This document shows positions 10,975-24,528 of a stretch of DNA of 53,073 nt, piece by piece (position 1 is the stretch's first letter; each line of letters starts with the position of its first letter). The DNA lies in contig NW_021833855.1 in the NCBI RefSeq assembly GCF_006345805.1, positions 1-53,073 on the forward strand. Direction: 5' to 3'. The notes under the pieces were generated by a model that searched no databases, was not told where the DNA came from, and saw nothing but the letters and a program-made list of their open reading frames with translations. The DNA comes from Octopus sinensis (Eukaryota). The position numbers and the translations under genes are program-made.

Positions 10975-13840
10975 ATGAGAAGCCAAAAAAATCAAGAAGA
11001 TCGTTATAAAGAATATCAAGAAATTATATCACGGAGGAATACGAAATTATATAATTCTAAATTATTGGGAAATCTAGGATTTAATTATAATGCAGTTAAT
11101 GATTTTAAATATTTGGGGAATATCGGCACTATGTCCGATATATGTAAATTTTGTTCGGCCCTAAAATTTAAAGGGGAAACAGCAGGCATGTGTTGCAATC
11201 TTGGTAAGGTAAATTTGCCTTCCTTATCGATTCCACCAAAACCACTATTGACGCTATTAAGAAATGAATCGCCGATCTCTAAGCATTTTCTTGAAAATAT
11301 TCGAAAGTATAATAATTGTTTTCAGATGACATCGTTTGGAACAACAGGTAATTTTATTTATACGGGTTATATGCCCACATATAAGGTTCTTGGTCAAGTT
11401 TATCATAGGATGGGGTCACTACTCCCAAATGCAGGTGAGCAACATAGCTTTTTACAAATATATTTTTTGGAAAATTTTGAGGATCAGTCAACAAGAAGAT
11501 TAGAAACAGAACCAAAATTACGTCAATCTATAATTAACATGTTACAAAACATGTTACAAGAACATAATTCATATATTTTATCTTTTAGGACTGTTATGCG
11601 GACTACAAGAGAAAAGGACTATAAAGTAATTATTCATGCAGATAGGACACCTACGGGAGCACATGAAGGACGGTACAACATACCAAGTTCTAATCAGGTT
11701 GGGGTTTTGATAGTAGGGCAACAATATGATAAACGAGATATTATCGTTAATCATAAAGACAGTGGACTACGAAGAATTTCAGAAACACATCGTTCATATG
11801 ATGCTCTACAGTACCCTCTGATATTTTCAAGAGGGGCAGATGGATATAATTTTAAGGTTATGCAGCAAAATCCACTGACAGGACAAAATACAAATAAAAA
11901 ATTAGCTGTATGGCATTTTACTCCTATAGATTCATGCTAAGAAAAGAAGAATTTAATACTATTCATCGAACAGGACAATTGTTTAATCAATATTTTAGTT
12001 GACATGTATGCGAAGATTGAATCTGAGAGACTATTATACTTTCGTTTAAATCAACGAAAACTTAGAGCAGAAGAATATATACATCTCAGAGATGCGATTA
12101 TTAATGATGGTAATGTTTCTGATGTAGGTCAAATGATCATATTACCCTCATCATCATTACAGGAGGACCAAGATATATGCATGAACGAACACAAGATGCA
12201 ATGACATACGTAAGAAATTACGGTACTCCAGATTTATTCATTACGATTACGTGTAATCCTAAATGGCCAGAAATTATTGATAACTTATTCATAGGTCAAA
12301 AGTCCGAGAATAGACATGATATAATTGCAAGAGTTTTTAGACAGAAAATTATTAAACTGATGGACCTAATAACGAAGAGTCATATATATGGGAAGACACG
12401 ATGCCATATGTATACAGTTGAATGGCAGAAAAGAGGACTTCCACATTCACACATTTTGATATGGTTAGTTAACAAAATTAGGCCCACTGAAATAGACGAC
12501 TGCATATCCGCTGAAATTCCAAATCCAGAAGAGGATCTGGAATTATATGAGACCATCAGGAAAAATATGATACATGGTCCATGTGGAATTCTTAATAGGT
12601 CTTCACCATGTATGAAGAACGGTAAGTGTAGTAAAGGGTATCCAAAAGAATTTCTTTTCAATACTCAAACAGGAGAAAATGGGTATCCTCTTTACCGTAG
12701 GAGAAGGCCAAATGATGGGGGACATACAGTGACTATCAACGAAGGCAAGGAAAATGAAATAACAGTGGATAACAGGTGGGTAGTGCCTTATAGTCCACTG
12801 TTATGTAAAATTTTTAATGCTCATATAAATGTAGAATTCTGCAACTCAATTAAATCAATTAATATGTCTGCAAATACATCAACAAGGGGTCAGATCAGGC
12901 AGTTTTTACTATTGAAGGACGGGATGAGGTGACTCAATACATGCATGGGAGATATATTTGCAGCAGTGAGGCTGCGTGGAAAATATTTGGATTTCCCATA
13001 CATGATAGATATCCTTTGGTAATGCATTTAGAGGTACATTTGGAAAATGGACAAAGAGTTTACTTCAATGAAGAAAATGTACAAGACCAAATACAAACCC
13101 AAGGAATTCTACACTAATGGCTTTTTTTGAACTTTGTACATTAGACACATTTGCAAAAACATTATTATATTGTGAAATTCCAAGATACTACAGGTGGGAA
13201 ACTACCGGTAAGAAATTCAAACGAAGGATAAGAGGAGAACCAGTGAATGGACATCCAGGAATTGTAAGTAGTGATGCATTGGGCAGGGTGTACACAGTTC
13301 ACCCTAATAATGCCGAATGTTATTGTGTTAGGTTACTTCTGCATAACATCCGAGGACCGACATTTTTTACCGATTTAAAGACAGTTGATGGAGTAATCTG
13401 CGCAACATTTAGAGAAGCCTGTTTAAATTGGGACTTTTAGAGGATGATAAAAGCTGGGACGACGCATTGACCGAAGCTGGGATTTTCAATATGCCATCAA
13501 AGATTAGATATTTATTTACATTGATGTTGGCATATTGTAATATATCAAATCCTCTACAACTGTGGGAGAAGCATAAGAAATAATGTGTGAAGATATATTA
13601 AAGAGGGATGCAAAATCAGGTTTTGACGAGGACATTTTTAATGAAGGATTACTAATTATTAATAGATCACTCGAATCAGTCATTGGGAAAAATATATGTG
13701 AGTACGGGTTTAGCGTTAACAGTCAAAATATTACAAATAATTTGGAATATGACAAATATAATTTAGAAGAACTACAAAAAATACTTAATGAAAGGGAACC
13801 GAATTTATTGGAAGGTCAATTAAGAATCTACAATGAAATT
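10975..13840 (+). pseudogene. Helitron RepHel protein, frameshifted and truncated
   Basis: CKFCSALKF..E...CC..GK, IRKYN..F.MTSFG, YDALQYPL, PDLFITITCNPKW, VEWQKRGLPHSHIL (HUH motif), MIHGPCG, DNRWVVPY, AHINVE, RLLLH.IRGP. Confidence 0.9.
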
Positions 13841-14019
13841 GATTCGGAAAATTGTCTCAAGCAATTGCTTCTTTGGTGGAAACTTGTTGCTTTTGAAAGC
13901 AGCGGGGTAATAAAATGGAACTTAAATACCTATTCTATACTAATTGATCGGGTTACATCTAAATTACCCAAAAATTGTCCTCCTTCCTATAAAAATTCTC
14001 TTAATCGAACAAACTGGGA

Positions 14020-14660
14020 GGAAATTGCTTTTGATAATGTCGACTCAAAATGTCGAAATCAGAGTTGACACGTCAATTATAACTGAAAAGAAAGTTCAAT
14101 TTAATTAGATAATTTAAAATTTGAAATATTAGTAAATATATTATTCAATATAACAAGCCGGACATTTTTCTATACGACAAAAAATTAAACCAGATATGGC
14201 TAATAGAGATTGGAGTGACGTGTGTGAATAATTTTTGGTTATTACGTGGGAAGGAATAACATCCAGATTCTATAAACACTACCAAAATTCCCTACAAGTC
14301 CAGTCCCTTCAGACAATCGTAATCAAGAAAACATTGAAGAGCATGCTTGAGGAAAACAAGAATTCTGCGGGTCATTAATGCAAAGAAAACACATATGGCC
14401 ACTATCGCAGAATTTTTATTTGAAAATACAATAAAAAGTTGAAAAAATTAAAAAACGATTCAGTCCAATCTGTTACTACCAATGAATTTGTGAAAATCCG
14501 AGTCGATACAAACCTCCTGACTAATAATGCTATCCCAAATAAGGAGGCAGACATATTTGTTTATGACAAATCGAGCAACACAATTACTTTTATCGAGGTG
14601 GGGATCACTTCACAAAATTGTCTCAAGCTGGTCAATGTGGAAAAGTTCCATTGTAAATAA
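14020..14660 (+). mobile_element. Two degenerate R4/Dong-like non-LTR RLE fragments
   Basis: IRVDT..NKPDIFLYDK..LIEIGVT..TWEGI, and KIRVDTNL..ADIFVYDK..FIEVGITSQ. Confidence 0.6.
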
Positions 14661-16714
14661 ATTGACAATATCGAATATGATAAAAATCAACGTGAATATT
14701 TACGAACACATCAAAAAAGTAAATAAAATAATATAAAAATCAAGGACAATAGAACATTTGAATAAATATGAAAAGCAAAATATAAATTAGTAATTTCAAA
14801 ATTAAAAAATTTCGAAACTAATAATGATATTTATCAAATGAATATCGTTTAGGAAATATAATACAAATATACAAAAAATAACGACTATTTTGTTTTATTA
14901 TTAACACATATAGCGTGGCTTGTGCATTTTCTTTTATATTAAAATAAAAGTCCTAATTTGTAAATTAAGAATTCCTAAAAGACTATTTAGGAAATACTTA
15001 GTACCTAGGAAATATGAAAATACTTAGGAAATGGGAATAGGAAATAGTGAATATAACTTATTGATTCAGATAATTAATAGTGAATAAGATTAATAATGTT
15101 GAATATTCGCAAAAAACTAGCTTTATTGCACCATTCGTAATAAAAATTGATTATGAGGTAGAAAATATCAACTCAATAACAGAAAGAGTAATTGAAAATT
15201 ATATAGTTATAAGTACTATCAAGAATATTGAAAAAAATGCGCAATCTTTACTGATTATTAAAGAGTAAATAAAGTTAAAAAAAATAATAAGTAAAGCAAC
15301 CAAATCCTAGAGAATGCTATTTTTGCATCATTGCTAAATGTGTTTTTTATTCTTGTTACTTTATAGGTGCAAGGTCAGGAACACAGATCTTTACAGATTT
15401 CGTGTTACTTATACAGATTTTTCGTGACATTGATGGAAATTTTTTTGTTCAAATTTTTCAATTGTTATCGGCCATTATGAGAAATTTGCTGTTGATACAC
15501 ATTGTAATACGGTCAGCATCTATAAAGAAAAGGAATTTTAGATCTTTTTATATTTAGATAACATGGAATTGTTGTTAGGTACGAGATGTTCTTCCCAAAT
15601 GCGTATATTAATTGGTCAATTAAGCTACAATGCCATTTATGGAAGCAAATATTTCTCTTTATAAGATAAGGAAATATTATCTTAATTTTCTCTAAAATTA
15701 GGTATAGAAAGAGAGTGCTGATTTTGTGCTTAGAGTTGTTCAGGGATTTATAATCGGCATTTTTCTTGATTAGAATAGAACAGAGAGTTACATAGATGTT
15801 TTAAAATACCGAGAGAAAAGGCAATTAAAATAAAATCCTTATTGTGATTTGGTTTTAATTCAAATTCACTTTAATGTCTACACTATTCAAGCTATTCTGG
15901 ATTTCAGATTGCCAAGAACTAGTATGAAGATACAATTTCTTAGACAAAACGACATGTTCTAACATGCTATTCATATTTAGTTAGCTAAGTTAGTTATTAA
16001 ATATTCTAAGACAACTGGCATTCTTTACAGGGTTTTACTTATCACAGCACGATAAATGTACGCCAAGTTAATAATTTACTTTGAGTTTTTGGATGGTGCT
16101 TATGAAAGTTACTTACAATAACATTCCAAGTTAGCACCAAAAATAACAATTAACATTTAAATAGAGAAATTTTATTAGATATTAAATTGAAAATCCAAAA
16201 AATGTAAGGATCTGCCGACAACCGTTAACCAAATTGTGCATTCACGTATTTTCACTAGGAAATAAACAAATATTTAATTTAATTTTATTATATTATTAAT
16301 TGATTATTTTTTGAGGCCTACCTAAATAAACTTTTGGTACGTTTATAAACGCTTTTGTTCTTATTGTTTGTGGTGTTTTTTTACTAATTTTATTTTTATT
16401 TTGAATTTGATTTTGAAGGAATAAAACATTATAAGCTTTCATTTAATGATTTTATTATTGAAATTTTCTGAATTTTATCATTTATTTTGTTTTTATTCCT
16501 TTTAAAATCCATTTTCCTTTTGAAATTATTCTTTTGCAATTTAATTTGAAATTTTTAAGATATTTTTCTATAATTTACTTTTAATCTTTTTAATGAAATT
16601 ATTATAATTTGACTAATCTATCTTTTTTGTTTTTATCAGCATGGCAATTGCAAATTCTTTCTTCTGGCCTTTTTGTTCTTTCAGGCTTATGACTTGCACT
16701 GTCTGAAGTGTCAG

Positions 16715-16815
16715 CTAGGACAGCACGTTTTAATGTAGACCTGTCAGGACGTTTTCCGTTTCCACGGTCTAGCCCTACTGGCTCCAGTACTGAAGGGAAT
16801 TCAACAAAAGTCAAA
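16715..16815 (-). mobile_element. Short CRE-like RLE fragment
   Basis: FPSVLEPVGLDRGNGKRPD. Confidence 0.65.
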
Positions 16816-17779
16816 ATCAAATGGATTATAAACCATAATGACTCTTATTTAAAATCATAAAAAAGAAAATCAACTTTCGAATTGATTGGACCAGGAGTCG
16901 GTAAATACTTTTGGGGAAGAGCGAATTTTAGACATTTTTGGAAATTCCGATAAATTGAAGATCTATCTTTTACCATTTGTCCAAATCAAAAATTATGAAT
17001 TCATTATTATAGAGAGTTTAATAACAGACAAGGCTGAAGTTGTCTATAAAAAACATCTTCGATCTTTATTTTGCATTGCATTACCATTTTTATTGCAGTA
17101 AGTAAATTTCGTATGTGCACACTACAATGTGGTTGAAAGGATCCTAGTTTTATGTGAGCAATTAAGCTAAAAACATCATCTGCACGTATAAAGATAATAT
17201 TTTTTGTCGAAAGTGATGAGACTGGCTGAGAAGAGTATGTGACGAATAGCATCCGGTAGATTTCTTGGAGCAGTTGAATTATCAGACAAATAATTGATTT
17301 GAACAACGTTTTCCGGGCTTATCTACGGTGTGGGAAATTAGGTCCTCGGCCATCCATTGGAGTCTGAGCAGTATTTCCGAGCCATGAAGGAGTGGATGTT
17401 TTTCTTCATTTAGGTGGCTAAAGATGTCTCAATCAGATTTCATGGAGGCACTGAGAGCCTAGGGAGTAAATCTCAGAAGACGGATCCAGTCCTGTTCGTC
17501 CTTAGACAAGTTCGCAGCGTCGATGCATGTTGATAGAGCATCGGCCGTAGTAGCTCGTCCTACCTTGGAGATCTTTACATATGTTGCGAGATTTGCGCCT
17601 ATCCATATGAGCTTCAGCATGGAAATAGGGTCGGACGGCACCCGGTTGCAAATGTTACAAAAGTTCACACATAAAGCACCAATTCGCGTAGCCCTTCATA
17701 GTGTAATTATAATTCACATATTCTTGATAATATTGACATAACGTCCAAAACAACTTTTTTATTCACTAGTGATGAAATC

Positions 17780-18300
17780 CAACCTTTTACACTCTTGTTA
17801 ACTTAAAATTTATACAGAAAACACCTTTCTATTTTTCCCTGTACCAAGGGCCTTGTGGTCCTGCAAATATGTGTCAAAAATTATACTTCCGTATATTTTC
17901 CATTTTGGATTTCTTAAATTCTTTTCCGTTCGATGATAGGTGGTCCAAAAAAATAAATAATCCGTTTTAAGCTAGAAGCCACTTCATCTGCAGATTTCGT
18001 TCTAATAACCTCAACCACGGCATATTTTGAAAAAGAATTTATCACATGTAATACCTAACTACTTATTAATATTATAAAACCCATGAATATGAGTCGTTTG
18101 TCTTCGAATAACGTCGTAAATTGACTAAGTCTGCAATATATCGACACGTGGTGTGATCTCTGCTTTGGTGTTCACTGATCATTAACGAGAATGTAAGAAA
18201 TTTCATTCTTAAAGACAATTGACCTGGCTATTCTGTCAAGCCGCATTCGCTAGGACTTGCTATTGCTATCGAAAACACTCAAATCCTCTTCATTTAACTT
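17780..18300 (-). pseudogene. Degenerate rve integrase (KRAB-A2/SCAND3/Ginger-like)
   Basis: RYIADLVNLRRYSKTNDSYSW..LHVINSFSKYAVVEVIRTKSADEVASSLKRIIYFFGPP, interrupted by stops. Confidence 0.6.
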
Positions 18301-19339
18301 TTATTCTTTGATAATTTCCAATTCTTCCTGAGATAGTGTTCTAAATTTAATTATTTTATCAGTTTTAATAGAAATTTATACATAAATAAACGACTTTTTC
18401 CTGAAAATTATTTTTTTTATTTTTTTAATTTGACTAATCTATTTTGTTTGTTTTTATCAACAAAACAAGAAACAAAGGTAATCAGGTACAAGCTGTATAA
18501 AGAATTGAGAAACTGTTTCTTTTAAGAACAGCTGCTGAGAAACCCTGTTAAGACCAAAGGTCTTCAGCTGGCACAGAAGCTGAGTACCTCGAGCAGACGT
18601 TTTACAATGCTATTGAGCTTCACTTGCCTGGGATCCTTCCAAGGCTTTTAAGTCTATTGACTTTTATTGATTTCTTATCTGTGGCTTTTTTTTGGCCTGG
18701 GAGTTTTAAAAATGAAATTAGATCTGAATTATAAAAAATAGAATTTTAGCCATCTGATGGGGAATTTCCAAGCAGGCGTTTCACGATGCGACTAATCTCC
18801 ACGTTCATAAGGAATCTTCCAGGGATTTTCCGTCTATCTTTTTATATTTTTTAGAGAGCTTTTTGTACAATTACCCAACTGGTTTTGAAATTAGCCCAGG
18901 GACAAAGCAATAAGTGTCCACCAAAGAAGTAGATTTTGCGATTTTCGTTCCAGTCGGTAAATACTTTTGGCAAAAAGCCAATTTTTCACATTCTTGGAAA
19001 TTCAGACAAATTGAGGAGCCATCCTCTTCTTAGTAGCATCAACATGAGAGATCCAAGTGGATTCAGAGCCGTCGACATAACTGATGATAACTACCAATAA
19101 GTGGAGGTTTGTTGGCATCTTTCTAACTCCATCAATAGGAGTAATCACGAAATTTTCCGTAAATTTCGTACACCCCGACAGAAAAATTTCCTGCTTCCTC
19201 GAGACTCGTACTGTTATTTTCTGCAGGGGCGCCCATATGATTAACCTTCCATAAAAAGCAAAATTTACAACTAAAATTTAATAATATTTAAGAATTCATT
19301 AAAAAATAAAATTGATTTGTCTCATTACCAAATATTTTA

Positions 19340-20274
19340 TAACAATAAGCAGGGTGGCATTATAACGCGACCCCGCTAAAATTAATTAAACACAAATTTA
19401 TTAAAAAACTCCATAATCGTTGACTGTCTATAACTATTTCATCCATTGAAAAACATATACGTTGACATCCATCTCATCATTAATATTCAATGTTGAATCA
19501 GTTGACTCAATTGATTTTGATCAACAATTTTTTCTCGAATTTTTAGCCGTAGTTTTCGGTAATGTGCCTTAAAACTATGTATCATTCCGGAATCCAATGG
19601 TTGTAAGTGACTTGTTGTTAGAGGCAAAAAGTGCACTTCAATATTCGATAACGTCGGAATAATGTGACATGGACAGTCGTCCATAATTAGAAGTATTTTT
19701 CCCCCACATCTCATTTGATTATCCAACCCATTTATCTAATCTTGAAATATCATTGATGTCATTTATGATTTAGTATTAAATCTGTAATCCGAATATAAAT
19801 GATAATTGAAGCCTTTGAAACAAAGCGGATTATTAGATTTCCAATCACAAGTGGACAGAGTTCTTTGCTCCCATCTGAATTACAACAGAAAACAATTGTA
19901 ATTCTTTCTTTATATTTTTTAACATTTTCAAAATATGGTTGGTTTATTAAAATTATCTTTAGTTTTATCCGGAGTTGTTAATGATTTTGACGGAATCATT
20001 TTATAGCAAAGACAAGTCTTATCTATATAAAAATATCATTTCCATTATATTTGGCACAAATTTAGTTTGATTTTTCAATCCTTTATAAACTGTCTCAGGA
20101 TCCACTTAAAAATAATAATTTAAAAACTTTAATGGCGTTATATCGGATAAGGCACATAATTTGGCGTGGCAATAACTGAGTGGCGGGGTTTGGCATTATA
20201 AAGAGAAATTTAAAGAACCAAAAAACGGGGCAATAAGCGGGGTTGCATTATAAGATAGAGGGGTTTAAGTGTAT
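19340..20274 (-). mobile_element. pogo/Tigger (DDE_1) transposon remnant
   Basis: KILLIMDDCPCH..VHFLP.TTSHLQPLDSGMIHSFKAHYRK; recurring subterminal motif ATAAGCRGGGT.GCATTATAA near both ends. Confidence 0.7.
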
Positions 20275-20511
20275 TAGAATAACAAAAAAGACATTAGAAA
20301 GCATGCGTCCGGAATACAAAATCTCAGCTACTGCGGCAAATAAGTATTTTAATGGATGCCAATACTTATTGTCGTACGTGCCATCCAGATATTATCTTCT
20401 CTAGGATCTCAGGAAGGCCTTTGAGAAACAATTCTTAGGCGTCCGAGAGCTGCTTTCGCCATCTTAAGCCATGTGCTAGGTAGTAGGATTTGTTAGTAAA
20501 TCACTAAAAAC

Positions 20512-20584
20512 GCCTCGGTGGTGTAGCGGTTATCACGCTCGCCTAACACGCGAGAGGTTCTGGGTTCAACTCCCAGTCGAGGTA
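20512..20584 (+). tRNA. tRNA-Val(AAC)
   Basis: 73-nt cloverleaf: acceptor GCCTCGG/TCGAGGT, anticodon arm CTCGC-CTAACAC-GCGAG, T arm CTGGG-TTCAACT-CCCAG, followed by T-runs. Confidence 0.93.
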
Positions 20585-20929
20585 ATTTGATTTTATTTTT
20601 TTCAAATTTATTTTTAATAGATACAAATTAGACTTATCTTTTGTCATTTAAAATATTTTTAAACCACCTTTTTACAATTTAAATAAATTTTAGCATTTAA
20701 AACCATTGAAGAAATTAAAATAGTAAATTCCCCGGAAATTAATTTTCTCTATTCACTACAGGACCAACCTTGTGATAGAAATTACAATTTATTTATTTTA
20801 CTAGTTAGGAAGACAGGAAAAACTAGCCATTATTGACGACGGGAAATTTTAAAAAGAATCAGGCACCGGAGTGTCTCTACTGAGCAGCATATTTCCCTGA
20901 TGGACACTTTAGATATCCGACGTCCACTA

Positions 20930-21200
20930 CAAAAACAACCGCGCCTTCTCCAGGATTCATATGAGTTATCTAATTTTTCTTTGAGATCGAGACCGTAGGC
21001 CAACTTAATGGCGTAACGCCTCTTTTTCTCAAGTTTGTTGATTAGACAAACCCTCTCACCTGTATCATACCAGCCCTCAAACCCGTAGGTGAAAATCGGT
21101 TGTACACATGTCCTGTATATGTAGATGTGTATGTTCTGGACTCAGATGAAATTGATCAAGCTTCGTAGGATTTTAACGGCTCTCTTTCTTTGGGTATTAG
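20930..21200 (-). mobile_element. Degenerate Jockey/I-like LINE, region downstream of RT
   Basis: IYIYRTCVQPIFTYGFEGW...RRYAIKLAYGL. Confidence 0.4.
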
Positions 21201-21539
21201 AAAATGAAACGATGGCTTATATTTAGTTAGTCGTGCAGCAGAATGCTCTGGGGAGGAATAAAAGTCGACAAAAACCATCCATTTCTACGCAAAAACAAAC
21301 TTTAAAGAGCTACAACTAGAGAATAATTTTGATCTTCCTTGAGGATTAATAACTGAATACAAGTGCATATTCTTTCTGTTTTAGATGGTCCTAAGAGAAG
21401 AAGACTAGCCAGAAAATCGACAGATAAATCTTAAAAATGTATTAGTTATTCAAAACAATAATCTAAAATAATTCTTGTGAGTTTTTCTTAATAAGACAAG
21501 TGATGTCATCCGTCTATATTATTAAAAGAGTAATATGAT

Positions 21540-21720
21540 TGTTCATACACATATAGCAAAGTCCATGGCATTCGTGTGATGGGATGGACTGGTCACCAAA
21601 TACCACATGCGGTACTTAAGACAGTTGGGTGTAGATAAGTCTCTACAGGCTTATATACAGTCAATGTTCTTAAGAGGACTCTGGAGAATGTCTCGTTTGG
21701 TGCTTCCCGATCCAGCCTTT
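21540..21720 (+). mobile_element. R4/Dong-like LINE C-terminal fragment
   Basis: WDGLVTKYHMRYLRQLGVDKSLQAYIQS..LKRTLE. Confidence 0.55.
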
Positions 21721-21945
21721 CTTGACCAGAGAAAAGGAGGAAGAAGGGGAGGAGGTGCGTGGAGTGCCATCCTCTGCTCACTTTGAAGGCTCTGGATTTT
21801 GAAAAATTACTTAGTTAATTAGTTTCCTTTTATTAATAAAGTTCTCAAACACTTGTATTCTATTAATAAATATAAGAACCCTCTAAACATAGAAAATAGG
21901 CGAAATATCAAATTTAGAAGTACAGAATCTAGTAAACAAATTCAT

Positions 21946-22736
21946 TAAATGATTAGTAGATTATTTAGAGATATTATATTAAACATCTTTGGGATATTAG
22001 CAAATATTCCAAGACTCTAGATATCATTGAATTAAAATCGATAACTGTTAGAATGCAAATCAGAACTGCTCCAATGATTAAATAAATTTTATATTTCGTT
22101 AATAAAGCGTCAAATCGTGCCACGCATCCCTAAAAATATATTCATTATTAAATTACAGTGCTATATGTAATCGCGTTTTTTGAATAACAACTTTGAGGTG
22201 GGACAATCAACGCAAATAATCGGCTGTGGAGTCTGCACCACAACATTTAAAGTGTTTTGAATAAAATCAAGATTTTTCGTATTAGAATTGAAATTTTTAA
22301 TTTCTCGCAGCAGTTCTTTCCGTATCAAGTTTATTATCTACAGTTAAGACTATAGTCTTTAACTTGTGGTTTTTTCACACAATAAATAATTGTTGCGGCC
22401 AAGACAAGCGAAAATATGCACAATAGACAAATCGAGAACTAGTTGTTATATTTATTTTCAATTTTTTACAAAAATACTGCAGCATCGATTATTTTTAAAA
22501 GAATAACAAATTCCAGACAACATTCCTATAAATCCAAATATTCCTGCAAAGAGAATTATAATTCCAGGTGTTTGTAAATAACTATTATTTAGCATGTTTC
22601 TCTGAATAGTATCTTTTAATATCACTACTCCCGCATAGCTGCCCAGTCCTCCAATGACCTGTTTTTATAATTATTAGAAATCTACCCCCAATAGGACTAT
22701 ATTTATTATGATCAGAAATTTAGTACAAAACGCCAT
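21946..22736 (-). CDS. Tetraspanin paralog 1 (indels in the large loop; possible pseudogene)
   Basis: Same 6-exon, four-TM structure as copies 2-4, with CCG and GC motifs and ~26-30 nt introns. The frame breaks near 22190-22250. Confidence 0.7.
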
Positions 22737-24528
22737 AACTTCTGTAATTTGAACGCTATTTTTATTTTTTAATCATTTAAATCATTGATGCGTATTTTGA
22801 CCACATTTTAATAACCTGAAATATATATCCTGAATTAAGTCTTTTATTTATTTACTGAGTACAGTAAAACCTCTCAAACTCTCTGATTTCAATATCCGCA
22901 GCTTCTCAAACCCGATTGTTTTAATCAAAAATTTAAACTTTCTTATGGATAATTCTCAAATCTGTTTGTTTTTCGAATCCGCTTTTCAAGTACAGTCTAA
23001 CCTTATTTGGAATAGTTTTCGGTATGGAACACTTTGTACGATCTCTGCCTAGAATTAATAATTTCTTTTAAATTTGAAACTCGTTTTGGAGAAAAATTTT
23101 TTATTATTTTTTATTTCTAGTCATTAAACAAATTAATTAATTAGGAATAAAAAAACTCGACGCTTAATCACTATGAGTCATATTACGAGAAAAAAAGTTG
23201 AAAGTGCTCGACAACTAAAAAGTCATTCACACAGAATACTTTTTTGTAAATATGAAATCAGCATTGGTATAATTGATGTAATAAAAAACGAAATATTAAT
23301 TTTTTGACAGAACCTCGGTTTTTGGAACTCTTAGTGTTCCAATTTAAGGTCGTACTATATTATGGAAAAGTATTCTTATATAATTGTATGTTAAATTCTC
23401 ATTACATTCTAAAATGTGTTTTTCTGTGATGTCTCGTTGTGTTAGACTTTTTATCAACCAAAAAATTTTATACTACGCTATAATTATGAAAACCAATTTG
23501 CTTAGGCACTTCAAATTTCTAGGATTTCCTCTTTACGATTTAAAAAGAAACTTTCCTCGAGAACTATAAACGATCTCAAATCAAATTCGGATCCTTTGAA
23601 TATGACCGATATCAAAAATTAAACATAACGAAAATTACAAAACTCAAATTCAGTGAACTTGATGAGCGATTAAACATGTATTGACTTAATGAAATCTAGT
23701 AAAGCAATTCAATCAGATTCGATGTTAATTGTAAAAGCTCTTAAATTTTGAAAAAATAATCCAGAATTAAGAAATGGTTTCAAGTTAAGAAATTTTTAGG
23801 AGACAGTGGATCTGTAAATCATGATAAAAAAACTTATTGCTAATTATAATGACACAATCAGTTTAAAAATTGATCAATATGGATTGGAAAATGTTTATAA
23901 TGTAGATTAACCCGTTTTTTTACAAGGCGATTACTTGTAATATCCGGTTCTGGAAAAAAAGGCCCATAACGATGGGAAGATTTAAAACTCAAAGGTGTTG
24001 TTAAAAATTTTAACATTATGTTATCTACACCATTCCAATAAGCATGAAAAATTTCAACATTTGAAATTATGTTATCCACACCCATTCTAATAAAGCATAA
24101 ATGAACCGTTAAATTTTTAATAAATGGCTCAGTGATTGTGAACTTGTAAAGAAAAAAAAAAAAAAAATTTAGTTGCAATAGATCGATGCTCATCTCATCA
24201 AATTACTTTTACGTTAAACTCTATTAAAATTTTCTTATTGCCTTCAAGAACTTCCTCGGTCTTGCAACGAATGGATCAAGGAATTATAAAATCCTTTAAA
24301 GCCAATTTGAAAATAAATGATATGATCAAAAAGATCGAGGCGGGGAAAATTGTTAGAATGAAAATAATGCAATTACGCTTAAAGCTGTTGCCACATTAAC
24401 ATTCTTTGGTTAGAATAAAGTAACTCCTGAGTCATCAAAACTTGCTTTCGTCATGCTCAATTGATAAAATGTGAGAAAATTATAATTAACAGTGAATCTA
24501 AGAACTACGAAAATAATTATGAAGAAAT

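Larger units (their letters stand above)
7997..13840 (+). mobile_element. Helitron, 3'-truncated before the PIF1 helicase core
   Basis: 5' terminus A|TCTATATAATAAAA followed by (GTCT)n, an internal satellite, and a RepHel ORF. No helicase Walker A motif or 3' hairpin/CTRR end is seen. Confidence 0.85.

Noticed and set aside
15500-15780. Penelope GIY-YIG remnant (PINIRIWEEH) on the minus strand
   Set aside because: Only one weak motif; too degraded to support.
21513-21530. Second Helitron 5' end (TCTATATTATTAAAA)
   Set aside because: No supporting internal sequence or 3' terminus.
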